Below are positions 8,195 through 18,513 of a DNA stretch of 46,331 nucleotides, one piece after another. The stretch lies in IMG/VR virus record IMGVR_UViG_2877948078_000002; one strand, written 5' to 3'. The position numbers and the translations under genes were made by a program. The notes beneath the pieces were generated by a model, which was not told where the DNA came from, ran no database searches, and saw nothing but the letters and a program-made list of their open reading frames with translations. Within the stretch, counting starts at the first letter, position 1. Every line of letters begins with the position of its first letter. This stretch comes from a virus. Its lineage: Duplodnaviria; Heunggongvirae; Uroviricota; Caudoviricetes.

Positions 8195-8617
8195 GTGGCA
8201 AAAGTTTTTACACAGGAAGAGCGGGAAAAAATTAAAGAGCAGGTGGTCGAACTTGTGCGCCAGAGCGGTCGCGAGACATTACGACAGTTGGAAGCTAAAA
8301 CAGGTGCGACAAGATATCTGATGAGCATTCTTGCCAGAGAGCTGGTTGCCAGTGGTTATGTATACAACTCCGGCTACGGGTTATTCCCGTCTGAACAGGC
8401 ACGAAAGGACTGGCAAAATGCCCGCAAAAAACTCTCTAGGGCGAAGGTGAAGAAACCCGCTGTGGTTGATCCGGACCTTATCTGGTCACTACCTGATGGA
8501 GAAATACGTCGCTACGACAGTCGTCTAAACATAATCTGTCGCGAGTGCCGGAAGAGCGAAGTTATGCAGCGCATATTGTCGTTTTATCAGGGAAATGTTC
8601 GGTATCTATTTAAGTGA
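8195..8617 (+). CDS. Hypothetical protein (140 aa), possible winged-helix DNA-binding protein
   Basis: GTG start with AAGGAGG Shine-Dalgarno 4 nt upstream; G+C content similar to phage backbone; sits between the replication gene and the AT-rich accessory locus. Confidence 0.6.
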   Translation: MAKVFTQEEREKIKEQVVELVRQSGRETLRQLEAKTGATRYLMSILARELVASGYVYNSGYGLFPSEQARKDWQNARKKLSRAKVKKPAVVDPDLIWSLPDGEIRRYDSRLNIICRECRKSEVMQRILSFYQGNVRYLFK

Positions 8618-8866
8618 CGAGATTAAAGTGCATTAGTTAAGATGTAAATTGACATTTTCATGGCATAGGGTAGAGGTAGCGTGGTTGTCTGCTTTGTGCC
8701 ATGAACTGATGTCGCTTGTGTGCGTGGCAATTAGTGTATAACGGATATCATCAGACTCCAGCAGTAGCATTGCTTGAGCATACTAACATATGAAATCTTT
8801 AGTTAACGTAAGATAAATTAGATTTAGTATTTTTTTGAGTATGAGCTCATAAATAATCAAAAAAAC

Positions 8867-8896
8867 TTGATACGCCATATGACTTTGATTTATTTT
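8867..8896 (+). promoter_or_regulatory. Candidate sigma70 promoter for the P-loop NTPase gene (TTGATA, 18 nt spacer, TATTTT)
   Basis: Hexamers at 8867..8872 and 8891..8896 within a roughly 300-bp very AT-rich intergenic region; by inspection only. Confidence 0.3.
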
Positions 8897-8934
8897 GGAA
8901 AAACATAAAGGTAATGTAATGTAAAGAGGAAAAT

Positions 8935-10422
8935 GTGGACATTAGAGACTGGCTACCAGAATTTCAAGTTTCAGCAGAAACAGATCGGGACTTACAGACC
9001 TATTTTTTTAAGCTACCGGCGATAAAGGATATTATTGAAAGTAGGGCTTGGTTGGTTCTTGGAAGAAAAGGTACTGGTAAAACAGCCATTTATGAACACC
9101 TTAGAAGAGGAAAACCAGCCAATCTCAACGGGTTTTACTCAGTATGTCTAAATTTTAGTGACTATCCATGGCCAGCCCATCAACTTTACAAGGATGCAAT
9201 GGCTGGAGAACTTTCCGCTTATCAAAAAAGTTGGATGTATCTTTTTTATATTAAGGCATTATCTAAACTTATTGAAATAAAAAATGATGCTGGAGAGACT
9301 TTAAACAAAGATCTAACGTGGGCACATAATTATATCAAAACTATCTTTGGTAGTCCCGACCCAACTCTTAGGGAGGTTTTGTTTTCAAAAATAACTAGAT
9401 TAAAAACCATAAAAGGGCCCAGTGCTGGTCTTAATGAAGTATCATTGGACGCAGGTGAAATTTCGTTAGAGGAAGTTGCTGAGAATGCTCAGCTAAAGCA
9501 AAAGCTAAGAGCTAATGCTTTCACATTGCTTACGTATTTTGAAAAAATTTTTAAAGATAACATTGGTAATGAAAAAATAATTATCGCCCTTGACCAATTA
9601 GACGAAAACTGGCTAGAGGGGCAAATTGAAGAATATAGTAAGGTTTTAATAAATCTGCTAAATGTCTGTAGAAACATAGCATCTGATGAACGCCTCAATG
9701 ATAAATTAAAAGTCATTCCCTTCCTACGAACGGATATTTATCATTCTTTGAAATTCAATGATAAAAACAAATTATTGCAAGATAGTGCTATCATAATCTC
9801 ATGGAATGAAAATAATCTAAACGATATGTATTATGAGAGGATAAAGAAATACAAACCTAATGATCTCATATTAGATGACGAAAAGGACAGATCTGGGAAA
9901 GTATTTGAGGTTTCATTCGTTAGGCAGGGGACTCCTCCATTTAAATATATATGTCGCCGTTCTTTCTTTAGGCCTAGGGATATTATTGTCTACTTCAACA
10001 AAATTAGGGCATGTCATAAAAATAATGTCTCAGGTCTTTACACTTCCAATGAGCTTTATGAAGCTGACCGTGAAGCATCTATAAGTGTGTACAATGAGGT
10101 GATTGATGAATGGTCCAACCAATTCCCTGAAATTGAGAACTTACTAACTGTTCTTCAAACTATCCAAGTAGAAACATTCGATTTTAATGATTTCTCCGAG
10201 AAGTGCCGTAATGAATTTGCAGGTATTTCTGATGGGGTGATACGTCAATATATCAACTTCCTGTTTGATAACTCACTTATCGGACAAAAAAAACAAGGTA
10301 GATGGGAATACGTAAGTAGTTTGCCTAACTTAAAAATTAATCTACAAAATGAGTTTAGGACACATCATGCTTTAAAATACAGGTTGCATTTAATAGAAAG
10401 CAGACCGAGCCAAAATATTTAG
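8935..10422 (+). CDS. Uncharacterized P-loop NTPase (495 aa): Walker A GRKGTGKT at residues 43-50, Walker B-like IIIALDQLDE at 215-224, uncharacterized C-terminal half of about 270 aa; candidate defence or exclusion gene
   Basis: GTG start with AAGAGGA Shine-Dalgarno; gene and upstream region visibly AT-rich compared with flanking phage genes (estimate by eye, roughly 35-40% versus about 50% G+C); occupies the slot that holds relBE next to hokD in K-12 Qin as recalled. Confidence 0.85.
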   Translation: MDIRDWLPEFQVSAETDRDLQTYFFKLPAIKDIIESRAWLVLGRKGTGKTAIYEHLRRGKPANLNGFYSVCLNFSDYPWPAHQLYKDAMAGELSAYQKSWMYLFYIKALSKLIEIKNDAGETLNKDLTWAHNYIKTIFGSPDPTLREVLFSKITRLKTIKGPSAGLNEVSLDAGEISLEEVAENAQLKQKLRANAFTLLTYFEKIFKDNIGNEKIIIALDQLDENWLEGQIEEYSKVLINLLNVCRNIASDERLNDKLKVIPFLRTDIYHSLKFNDKNKLLQDSAIIISWNENNLNDMYYERIKKYKPNDLILDDEKDRSGKVFEVSFVRQGTPPFKYICRRSFFRPRDIIVYFNKIRACHKNNVSGLYTSNELYEADREASISVYNEVIDEWSNQFPEIENLLTVLQTIQVETFDFNDFSEKCRNEFAGISDGVIRQYINFLFDNSLIGQKKQGRWEYVSSLPNLKINLQNEFRTHHALKYRLHLIESRPSQNI

Positions 10423-10439
10423 CTTACATCCATCTCCAT

Positions 10440-10694
10440 TAAGAAATCTTGCTATTGTTCTTATGGATCGTCTTTCTGACTGATTTCATATTGGCGAGGT
10501 AAAGGTAGTTAAGTAGAATGGCTGCGGGTGCTTGAGGCTATCTGCCTCGGGCATGAACACCAAAGGCAGATAGAGAAAAGCCCCAGTTAACATTACGCGT
10601 CCTGCAAGACGCTTAACATTAATCTGAGGCCAATTTCATGCTAGACACATGTAGGTTAGCCTCTTACGTGCCGAAAGGCAAGGAGAAGCAGTCT
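10440..10694. promoter_or_regulatory. hok mRNA leader / putative sok antisense RNA region with stable stem-loops
   Basis: Perfect 10-bp inverted repeat CTATCTGCCT…AGGCAGATAG (10538-10547 / 10564-10573), a second hairpin GCGTC…GACGC and direct repeats TTAACATTA around 10586..10625; in-frame upstream extension of hok (mok-like reading frame). Confidence 0.45.
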
Positions 10695-10850
10695 ATGAAG
10701 CAGCAAAAGGCGATGTTAATCGCCCTGATCGTCATCTGTTTAACCGTCATAGTGACGGCACTGGTAACGAGGAAAGACCTCTGCGAGGTACGAATCCGAA
10801 CCGGCCAGACGGAGGTCGCTGTCTTCACAGCTTACGAACCTGAGGAGTAA
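10695..10850 (+). CDS. hokD: Hok-family type I toxin (HokD/RelF-like, 51 aa)
   Basis: MKQQKAMLIALIVICLTVIVTALVTRKDLCEVRIRTGQTEVAVFTAYEPEE matches HokD/RelF as recalled; single transmembrane helix; AGGAG Shine-Dalgarno 9 nt upstream. Confidence 0.85.
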   Translation: MKQQKAMLIALIVICLTVIVTALVTRKDLCEVRIRTGQTEVAVFTAYEPEE

Positions 10851-10918
10851 GAGACCCGGCGAGGGAGAAATCCCTCGCCACCTCTGATGTGTCAGGCATC
10901 CTCAACGCACCCGCACTT

Positions 10919-10945
10919 AACCCGCTTCGGCGGGTTTTTGTTTTT
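10919..10945 (+). terminator. Intrinsic terminator at the hok mRNA 3' end
   Basis: GC stem CCCGC-TTCG-GCGGG followed by TTTTTGTTTTT; preceded by a second hairpin (CGGCGAGGGAGAAATCCCTCGCC). Confidence 0.6.
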
Positions 10946-11066
10946 ATTTTCAACGCGTTTGAAGTTCTGGACGGTGCCGGAATAGAATCAAAAATACTTA
11001 AGTAGCGCGCAGGGATAAGAGGGATGGTCCCTTAAAGGGGAGAGCTAATTATCCGGAAGGATTCTG

Positions 11067-11318
11067 ATGATGAACATCGAAGAACTGCGTAAAATTTTTT
11101 GTGAAGATGGCCTCTATGCTGTGTGCGTTGAAAATGGAAATCTTGTTAGTCATTACCGCATTATGTGTTTGCAAAAGAATGGGGCTGCGTTAATTAATTT
11201 TGTGGATGGTCGAGTGACAGACAGATTTATCTTGCGCGAAGGTGAGTTTGTCACTTCATTACAGGCACTGAAAGAGATCGGAATAAAAGCAGGCTTTTCA
11301 GCTTTTGCAGAAGAATAA
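11067..11318 (+). CDS. Hypothetical small protein (83 aa); same length and position as K-12 Rem
   Basis: 83-aa ORF between hok and ydfU; assignment to rem is by position and length only. Confidence 0.5.
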   Translation: MMNIEELRKIFCEDGLYAVCVENGNLVSHYRIMCLQKNGAALINFVDGRVTDRFILREGEFVTSLQALKEIGIKAGFSAFAEE

Positions 11319-11384
11319 ACTCATCTACAATCTTGCGCGGGGCTGAACTCCCGCTGAGTAACACCGTGCCACCGGAGAAAACCG

Positions 11385-11663
11385 ATGGCACGCAACGTAA
11401 AATATTACAATTCTGATAATTCGCCCGTTCTTGCCTGCACGCACGAGCGGTATTCTCACGCATTCAAGTCTGAATGGTTCCAACACCCTCCATGCACTGA
11501 AGAGCAGGCTGAATGGATAATTCAGTGTTACCGCAGGCGCGGATACGAGGTTAAGAAAGCCCTTAGTCTCGACTACCGTCACTGGATAATCTCAGTCAGA
11601 TTGCCTTACTCCGAACGCCCACCACGTGCGTCCCGCACTTTCCAGCAACGGATCTGGAGGTAA
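11385..11663 (+). CDS. Hypothetical protein (92 aa)
   Basis: ORF ending 2 nt before the ydfU GTG start; no recognisable motif. Confidence 0.4.
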   Translation: MARNVKYYNSDNSPVLACTHERYSHAFKSEWFQHPPCTEEQAEWIIQCYRRRGYEVKKALSLDYRHWIISVRLPYSERPPRASRTFQQRIWR

Positions 11664-11664
11664 C

Positions 11665-12714
11665 GTGCGGGTATTACTTAGACCTGTTCTGGTGCCTGAG
11701 CTTGGGCTGGTGGTCCTTAAGCCGGGCCGTGAATCCATACAGATATTTCATAATCCTCGAGTGCTGGTGGAACCGGAACCAAAAAGCATGCGTAATCTGC
11801 CATCCGGAGTCGTTCCTGCCGTTGGCCAGCCGCTGGCGGAAGACAAAACATTGCTGCCGTTTTTTAGTAACGAACGGGTGATTCGTGCTGCTGGCGGCGT
11901 TGGCTCATTGTCTGACTGGCTATTACGTCATGTTACATCCTGCCAGTGGCCTAATGGCGATTACCATCACACTGAAACAGTCATTCACCGTTATGGTACC
12001 GGCGCAATGGTGTTGTGTTGGCACTGCGACAACCAACTGCGTGACCAGACATCGGAATCACTGGAGCTGCTTGCTCAACAAAATCTGACAGCATGGGTGA
12101 TTGACGTCATCCGTCACGCAATAAGCGGTACGCAGGAGCGGGAATTATCTTTGGCTGAATTATCCTGGTGGGCGGTCTGCAATCAGGTGGTGGATGCACT
12201 ACCTGAGGCTGTATCGCGTCGTTCGCTGGGATTACCAGCGGAAAAAATCTGCTCGGTGTACCGCGAAAGCGACATCGTACCGGGAGAGCAGACCGCCACC
12301 AGCATATTGAAACAACGCACAAAAAATCTTGCACCGTTGCCTTACGCCCACCAGCAACAAAAACTACCACAGGAAAAGACGGTGGTAAGCATCACCGTTG
12401 ATCCAGAGTCTCCGGAATCTTTCATGAAGCTGCCTAAACGTCGCCGCTGGGTTAAGGAGAAATACACACGTTGGGTTAAGACACAGCCGTGTGCTTGCTG
12501 CGGTATGCCAGCCGACGATCCGCATCATCTGATTGGTCACGGGCAGGGCGGAATGGGAACAAAAGCACATGATCTCTTTGTGTTGCCTTTGTGCAGAAAG
12601 CATCACAACGAGCTGCATACGGATACAGTGGCATTTGAAGAGAAGTATGGCTCCCAACTGGAGCTGATATTTCGTTTTATCGATCGCGCGCTGGCAATTG
12701 GCGTACTGGCGTAA
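11665..12714 (+). CDS. ydfU: YdfU (DUF968) protein with C-terminal Cys/His HNH-like zinc motif
   Basis: GTG at 11665 with GGAGG Shine-Dalgarno gives 349 aa, the length recalled for K-12 YdfU; C-terminus CACCGMPADDPHHLIGHGQGG…CRKHHNELH. Confidence 0.75.
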   Translation: MRVLLRPVLVPELGLVVLKPGRESIQIFHNPRVLVEPEPKSMRNLPSGVVPAVGQPLAEDKTLLPFFSNERVIRAAGGVGSLSDWLLRHVTSCQWPNGDYHHTETVIHRYGTGAMVLCWHCDNQLRDQTSESLELLAQQNLTAWVIDVIRHAISGTQERELSLAELSWWAVCNQVVDALPEAVSRRSLGLPAEKICSVYRESDIVPGEQTATSILKQRTKNLAPLPYAHQQQKLPQEKTVVSITVDPESPESFMKLPKRRRWVKEKYTRWVKTQPCACCGMPADDPHHLIGHGQGGMGTKAHDLFVLPLCRKHHNELHTDTVAFEEKYGSQLELIFRFIDRALAIGVLA

Positions 12715-12727
12715 GTGGAGAACGAGC

Positions 12728-13480
12728 ATGAACCTTGAAGCCTTACCAAAATATTACTCCCCAAAATCTCCAAAATTGAGCGATGACGCTCCAGCGACAG
12801 GCACCGGTTGTTTAACAATTACGGATGTAATGGCAGCGCAGGGGATGGTGCAGTCGAAAGCACCACTTGGGTTGGCCTTATTTCTGGCAAAAGTTGGTGT
12901 TCAGGACCCTCAGTTTGCGATTGAAGGCCTGCTAAATTACGCGATGGCACTGGATAACCCGACATTGAACAAATTGAGTGAAGAAATCCGGTTACAGATT
13001 ATTCCTTACCTCGTGAGTTTTGCCTTTGCTGATTACTCCAGGTCTGCGGCAAGTAAGGCTCGCTGTGAGCATTGTTCAGGTACGGGATTTTATAATGTAT
13101 TGCGCGAAGTGGTGAAACACTACAGACGCGGGGAATCTGTAATCAAGGAAGAATGGGTGAAGGAACTATGTCAGCATTGCCATGGTAAGGGCGAAGCCAG
13201 CACAGCGTGCAGAGGGTGTAAGGGTAAAGGGATTGTTCTGGATGAAAAAAGAACCCGGTTTCATGGCGTACCGGTATATAAGATTTGTGGGCGTTGTAAT
13301 GGAAACCGGTTTAGTCGTTTACCGACCACGCTGGCACGACGTCATGTCCAGAAGCTGGTACCAGACCTGACCGATTATCAGTGGTATAAGGGGTATGCGG
13401 ACGTCATTGGTAAACTGGTAACAAAGTGCTGGCAGGAAGAAGCATACGCGGAAGCGCAATTGAGGAAGGTGACGAGATAA
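12728..13480 (+). CDS. quuQ: Late-gene antiterminator Q
   Basis: 250-aa product MNLEALPKYYSPKSPKLSDDAPATG… with CxxC…CxxC zinc motifs; matches QuuQ as recalled; followed by a promoter plus terminator arrangement typical of pR'/tR'. Confidence 0.85.
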   Translation: MNLEALPKYYSPKSPKLSDDAPATGTGCLTITDVMAAQGMVQSKAPLGLALFLAKVGVQDPQFAIEGLLNYAMALDNPTLNKLSEEIRLQIIPYLVSFAFADYSRSAASKARCEHCSGTGFYNVLREVVKHYRRGESVIKEEWVKELCQHCHGKGEASTACRGCKGKGIVLDEKRTRFHGVPVYKICGRCNGNRFSRLPTTLARRHVQKLVPDLTDYQWYKGYADVIGKLVTKCWQEEAYAEAQLRKVTR

Positions 13481-13511
13481 ATGATTTTTGCTGAAGATGG
13501 CGACATGATGT

Positions 13512-13540
13512 TTGCATTTTTCAAAAAATATGGATAAAAT
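13512..13540 (+). promoter_or_regulatory. Candidate late promoter pR' (TTGCAT, 17 nt spacer, TAAAAT)
   Basis: Hexamers at 13512..13517 and 13535..13540, 30-60 nt downstream of Q; by inspection only. Confidence 0.45.
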
Positions 13541-13585
13541 TTTTTCAACGATGGGCTTTGTATACCCGACGTTAAGAAAAAGTAG

Positions 13586-13612
13586 AAAACCCGCTGATGA
13601 GCGGGTTTTGTG
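13586..13612 (+). terminator. Intrinsic terminator downstream of pR' (tR'-like, Q-antitermination target)
   Basis: Hairpin ACCCGC-TGATGA-GCGGGT followed by TTTTG. Confidence 0.55.
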
Positions 13613-13901
13613 CTTTAAATGGGGCAATGGTAATGTTGAATCTCATCCCGGGACTCATGTCTGTTAACTTATTATTTAGCTGGTGACTTGGTTATTTGCC
13701 TGATGTTTAAAATGTTTTCTTCCAGTACAATGTCCCTAAACACAATGAGTCTGCTTATTATATTATTAGCAGAGCTATTACGGCCAAAGTACAGCATAAG
13801 CTTTTAAAGCCAATCAACCAGTCATCAAGACAGACGGGGTTATTCATAAAAACTCTCCATGTGTGATCCGATGGGGCCTGAAATTAAAGCTTTAATATAG
13901 C

Positions 13902-14114
13902 TCATGAAAGGTAAACATTGGCAGCTGAAGGGCCACGCAGACCATTTATCCGGCAAAATTCCACGCGTAATCCGGTGGTAATTTCTTCTGCATCGCGGAG
14001 ATTGAGCGCTGAAACATGAAGCTGGACATCGATACGACCATCGGATGGGGTGATAAGACCCTTGCCGCTTTTGCCGTCAAAGGTTTTGACAATTCCTGTC
14101 ATTTTACGGGACAA
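13902..14114 (-). CDS. cspF: Cold-shock protein family member CspF-like
   Basis: 70-aa product [38 protein letters not shown]…; CspF/CspH subfamily, adjacent to cspB as in Qin. Confidence 0.8.
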
Positions 14115-14414
14115 AAAAATTCCTTAATACTGATAACTTGGCGCACTATACACACGTTCCTGAAGAAAGCTATAGTTTTTTGATGGGGTTGAAGATGGCT
14201 GGATGTCTAAAATAAACATTGCTTCATATGTTCAACTATGCGTTAATGATTGCGTCGGTTTGAAGAACAGACGATATACGAAGTAGTTTACTAAAGCAGT
14301 TCTCATTTCAGGTGTTATTCACTTATTCCTTCTTTGAGTCTCTCCAATTAAGTACGAAGTCGTTTCTGTTATGCAAACCATTTATGCCGAAAGGCTCAAG
14401 TTAAGGAATGTAGA

Positions 14415-14630
14415 ATGTCAAATAAAATGACTGGTTTAGTAAAATGGTTTAACGCTGATAAAGGTTTCGGCTTTATTTCTCCTGTTGATGGTAGTAAAGA
14501 TGTGTTTGTGCATTTTTCTGCGATTCAGAATGATAATTATCGAACCTTATTTGAAGGTCAAAAGGTTACCTTCTCTATAGAGAGTGGTGCTAAAGGTCCT
14601 GCAGCAGCAAATGTCATCATTACTGATTAA
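14415..14630 (+). CDS. cspB: Cold-shock protein CspB
   Basis: 71-aa product [71 protein letters not shown] with RNP1/RNP2 motifs; long 5' leader upstream. Confidence 0.9.
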   Translation: MSNKMTGLVKWFNADKGFGFISPVDGSKDVFVHFSAIQNDNYRTLFEGQKVTFSIESGAKGPAAANVIITD

Positions 14631-14911
14631 AATTCATCGCTCGTCTGTATACGATAACGAAGAAGGCTGATGCCTGAGTAGAGATACGGACAGAGTAGTG
14701 AATATTGGATTTCTTTAATAAAAATTAAGGAGGTCCAATACATGAAACAATGGCCAGCATATTTGGCAAAATCTTAATCAGGAAAAGTATGCTAACCATT
14801 GTGGTGAAGTGCAGGTTTGCTGCATGAATAGTTTTACAGCAGAAGCTAACTGCTGGCATGGCAAAACAAAGTGCGTAAGTGGATGACTCCCACAAAAAGC
14901 ACCACAATCTC

Positions 14912-14937
14912 AAACCCGCTCAGGCGGGTTTTTTATT
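14912..14937 (+). terminator. Intrinsic terminator
   Basis: Hairpin AAACCCGC-TCAG-GCGGGTTT followed by TTTTTAT. Confidence 0.5.
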
Positions 14938-14993
14938 ATCTGCTTTAAATATATTATTAAAATATAAAAAATACTTGTTACTAATAAAATCAA

Positions 14994-15215
14994 TCAGGCT
15001 ACAGCTTTAAGATTTGTCTGGAATACTTTGTTGCAATGAGGGCAGATCAAAAGGGCACCTTTTTGTACTCTTGAAAAACTGTGTTCTGACTCTTGGGTGC
15101 AGTTTGGGCAGGAACATTTAACGAGATAATTACGGCGTGATTTTGAGTCTTTACGTTCTGACATAGGCTTTTCCTGTATAAATGGCCGTATACAGTACAC
15201 TAAATATGAAAACAT
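14994..15215 (-). CDS. Hypothetical small zinc-ribbon protein
   Basis: 73-aa ORF with CxxC…CxxC (CPNC…CPHC) motif; start may be the internal Met (MSERKDS…). Confidence 0.45.
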   Translation of the reverse strand: MFSYLVYCIRPFIQEKPMSERKDSKSRRNYLVKCSCPNCTQESEHSFSRVQKGALLICPHCNKVFQTNLKAVA

Positions 15216-15383
15216 TTCTCGTATTATTATTTTATATATGACTTTCTTTCAAAATAATTACTCACATTTTTAATGTGTATGTTTCTTTAGCGCCGTTGAG
15301 AACAGCGTGTGCTGTCAAAACTACCCCGTAGACTCCGATCTTTTCAAACATATTGCACCATCCGTGTACATCGGGGTGAGGAT

Positions 15384-15599
15384 ATGAAATCAATGGATAA
15401 GTTAACAACAGGTGTTGCCTATGGCACATCGGCGGGTAATGCTGGTTTCTGGGCATTGCAGTTACTCGATAAAGTAACTCCGTCACAGTGGGCTGCAATC
15501 GGTGTGCTGGGTAGCCTGGTTTTTGGCCTGCTGACGTATCTGACAAATCTTTATTTCAAGATTAAAGAAGACAGGCGTAAGGCTGCGAGAGGAGAGTAA
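15384..15599 (+). CDS. essQ: Holin (class II-like, EssQ-like)
   Basis: 71-aa product [71 protein letters not shown] with transmembrane segments and a charged C-terminus; immediately upstream of the endolysin. Confidence 0.8.
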   Translation: MKSMDKLTTGVAYGTSAGNAGFWALQLLDKVTPSQWAAIGVLGSLVFGLLTYLTNLYFKIKEDRRKAARGE

Positions 15600-15603
15600 T
15601 CCA

Positions 15604-15911
15604 ATGACTCAAGACTATGAACTGGTTGTGAAAGGAGTCCGTAATTTTGAGAATAAAGTTACGGTAACTGTAGCCTTACAGGACAAAGAACGCTTTGACG
15701 GTGAAATTTTTGACCTGGATGTCGCCATGGACCGTGTTGAAGGAGCTGCGCTGGAGTTTTATGAGGCAGCAGCCAGAAGGAGCGTCCGGCAAGTCTTCCT
15801 GGAAGTAGCAGAAAAATTGTCAGAAAAAGTTGAGTCTTATCTGCAGCATCAGTACTCCTTTAAGATTGAAAATCCTGCCAATAAGCACGAGCGTCCTCAT
15901 CATAAATATAT

Positions 15912-15915
<4 letters not shown>
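15604..15915 (+). CDS. ydfR: YdfR-like protein (103 aa) between holin and endolysin
   Basis: 103-aa ORF; position and length match YdfR of Qin as recalled; stop overlaps the endolysin start (ATGA). Confidence 0.65.
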
Positions 15916-16939
<1,024 letters not shown>

Positions 16940-17302
16940 GGTAATATTAAATCGGAACATTTACATCGCGGAATGTAAAATTTAAATAAAAAGGACTCTT
17001 CCATGAGCCAAAATTCCTGAAATCTTAAGGGTAAGATAAAAGGTCTTAATCAGAATGACACGTTATTATTAATAAATAAAGCTATTCTTTCATTGCTGTG
17101 TTTTTCTTTACAAAAGTAATCCTTGCTATGGGTGGTTAATCATGCGTTAATGGTGTTCTGGTTTGTTACAAATTTATCTGAAGCAGTCATTGTTATAATT
17201 TTATTATTTGTACCTCTTGAGATTTCCTTGTTGGTTTTTCTCTCTGATATTTTTTTTCGGACCATTCTGCCCAAGGGCTAATTTCTTCAAAAGGTAATAA
17301 TT

Positions 17303-17515
17303 ATGTCTAACAAAATGACTGGTTTAGTGAAATGGTTTAACCCTGAAAAAGGTTTTGGTTTCATCACGCCGAAAGATGGCAGCAAAGATGTGTTTGTCCA
17401 TTTCTCAGCAATTCAGAGCAACGATTTCAAAACATTAACTGAGAATCAGGAAGTTGAATTTGGTATTGAGAACGGACCTAAAGGTCCTGCCGCTGTTCAT
17501 GTAGTGGCGCTTTGA
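17303..17515 (+). CDS. cspI: Cold-shock protein CspI
   Basis: 70-aa product [70 protein letters not shown]; long AT-rich 5' leader. Confidence 0.9.
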   Translation: MSNKMTGLVKWFNPEKGFGFITPKDGSKDVFVHFSAIQSNDFKTLTENQEVEFGIENGPKGPAAVHVVAL

Positions 17516-17719
17516 GGTAGACAATATTACAAACCATATTCACTTTAGATGCCCGTGTTGTCATGGTTCCCAGTATAGAACATCATCTTTTGATGTTTCT
17601 GACATGAATCCTTTCGGGGCAAAATGTATCTTTTGTAAATCAATGATGATTACATTTGATAATATTTCACAATACTTAAATGCCAGCCGTCTGTCGTTGG
17701 ATTTAAAAAAGTGAAAATG

Positions 17720-17745
17720 AAGGCTCCTTCGGGAGCTTTTTTGCT
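17720..17745 (+). terminator. Intrinsic terminator
   Basis: Hairpin GGCTCC-TTCG-GGAGCT followed by TTTTTTG. Confidence 0.55.
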
Positions 17746-17785
17746 TGGTATCTATTCGATGGATACTCACATACTACGGTAACAT

Positions 17786-18017
17786 CATGAAAAAAATCAT
17801 AGTTTTTTTTAACTCTGAACCAGCAGTGGTAGTGCCAGCGATGACTGGAGTTAACACCATCATGCGTGAATATCCAAATGGCGAAAAAACACACCTTACT
17901 GTAATGGCCGCAGGGTTTCCATCTCTGACCGGAGATCATAAAGTCATTTATGTAGCCGCGGATCGACATGTTACTTCAGAAGAAATTCTGGAAGCAGCAA
18001 TAAGGCTCTTGAGTTGA
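17786..18017 (+). CDS. Hypothetical small protein (76 aa)
   Basis: Internal ATG of ORF 17745..18017 (MKKIIVFFNSEP…); no recognisable motif. Confidence 0.4.
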
Positions 18018-18188
18018 TTTGATGCTATTGTATTGATAATTCAGGAAAATTCTCTCTGTCTGTTTGTGTAAAATTTAGACTATCGTATGTTGATTATTGC
18101 GATGTTTCATCTTATCTTTTACACGTTTGCACCATATAATCGACTTACTGTGTAACTGGAAAGTCATAACAGACTAAAAGAGGAAATG

Positions 18189-18362
18189 ATGAATATTGAA
18201 AACTTAAAAACAAAAGCAGAAGCAGATATTTCTGAATATATAACAAAAAAAATTATTGAACTTAAGAAAAAGACCGGGAAAGAAGTTACCAGTATTCAGT
18301 TTACCGCACGGGAAAAAATGACGGGTCTTGAAAGCTATGATGTCAAGATTAATTTAATCTGA
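18189..18362 (+). CDS. gnsB: GnsB-like small protein (57 aa)
   Basis: Not in the ORF track (under 60 aa); translation MNIENLKTKAEADISEYITKKIIELKKKTGKEVTSIQFTAREKMTGLESYDVKINLI resembles GnsA/GnsB as recalled; AGGAA Shine-Dalgarno upstream. Confidence 0.65.
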   Translation: MNIENLKTKAEADISEYITKKIIELKKKTGKEVTSIQFTAREKMTGLESYDVKINLI

Positions 18363-18513
18363 TGTATTCAATAATAAAATTTATCCATAAACCTCGTTTT
18401 TACGGGGTTTTGTTATATTTGAATGGTTCCGAATATCTAAATCACAATTGTTGATGGTTTTTATTAAACCAATGCAGTCCGGCTCAGGAGTGAGAGAAGC
18501 CGGACGTTATGGT

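Noticed and set aside
12107-12729. Minus-strand ORFs (87 and 121 aa) inside ydfU
   Set aside because: Antisense to ydfU, whose frame gives a 349-aa product of the expected length with a conserved Cys/His motif.
17520-17770. Possible small zinc-ribbon ORF on the plus strand (…CPCCHGSQ…CIFCK…) at the position of ynfN, and a 69-aa minus-strand ORF (17561..17770)
   Set aside because: The plus frame has no canonical start codon upstream of the cysteine pairs (only ATT, or an ATG that would remove the first CxxC), and the minus ORF is antisense with odd composition; neither can be supported without comparison data.
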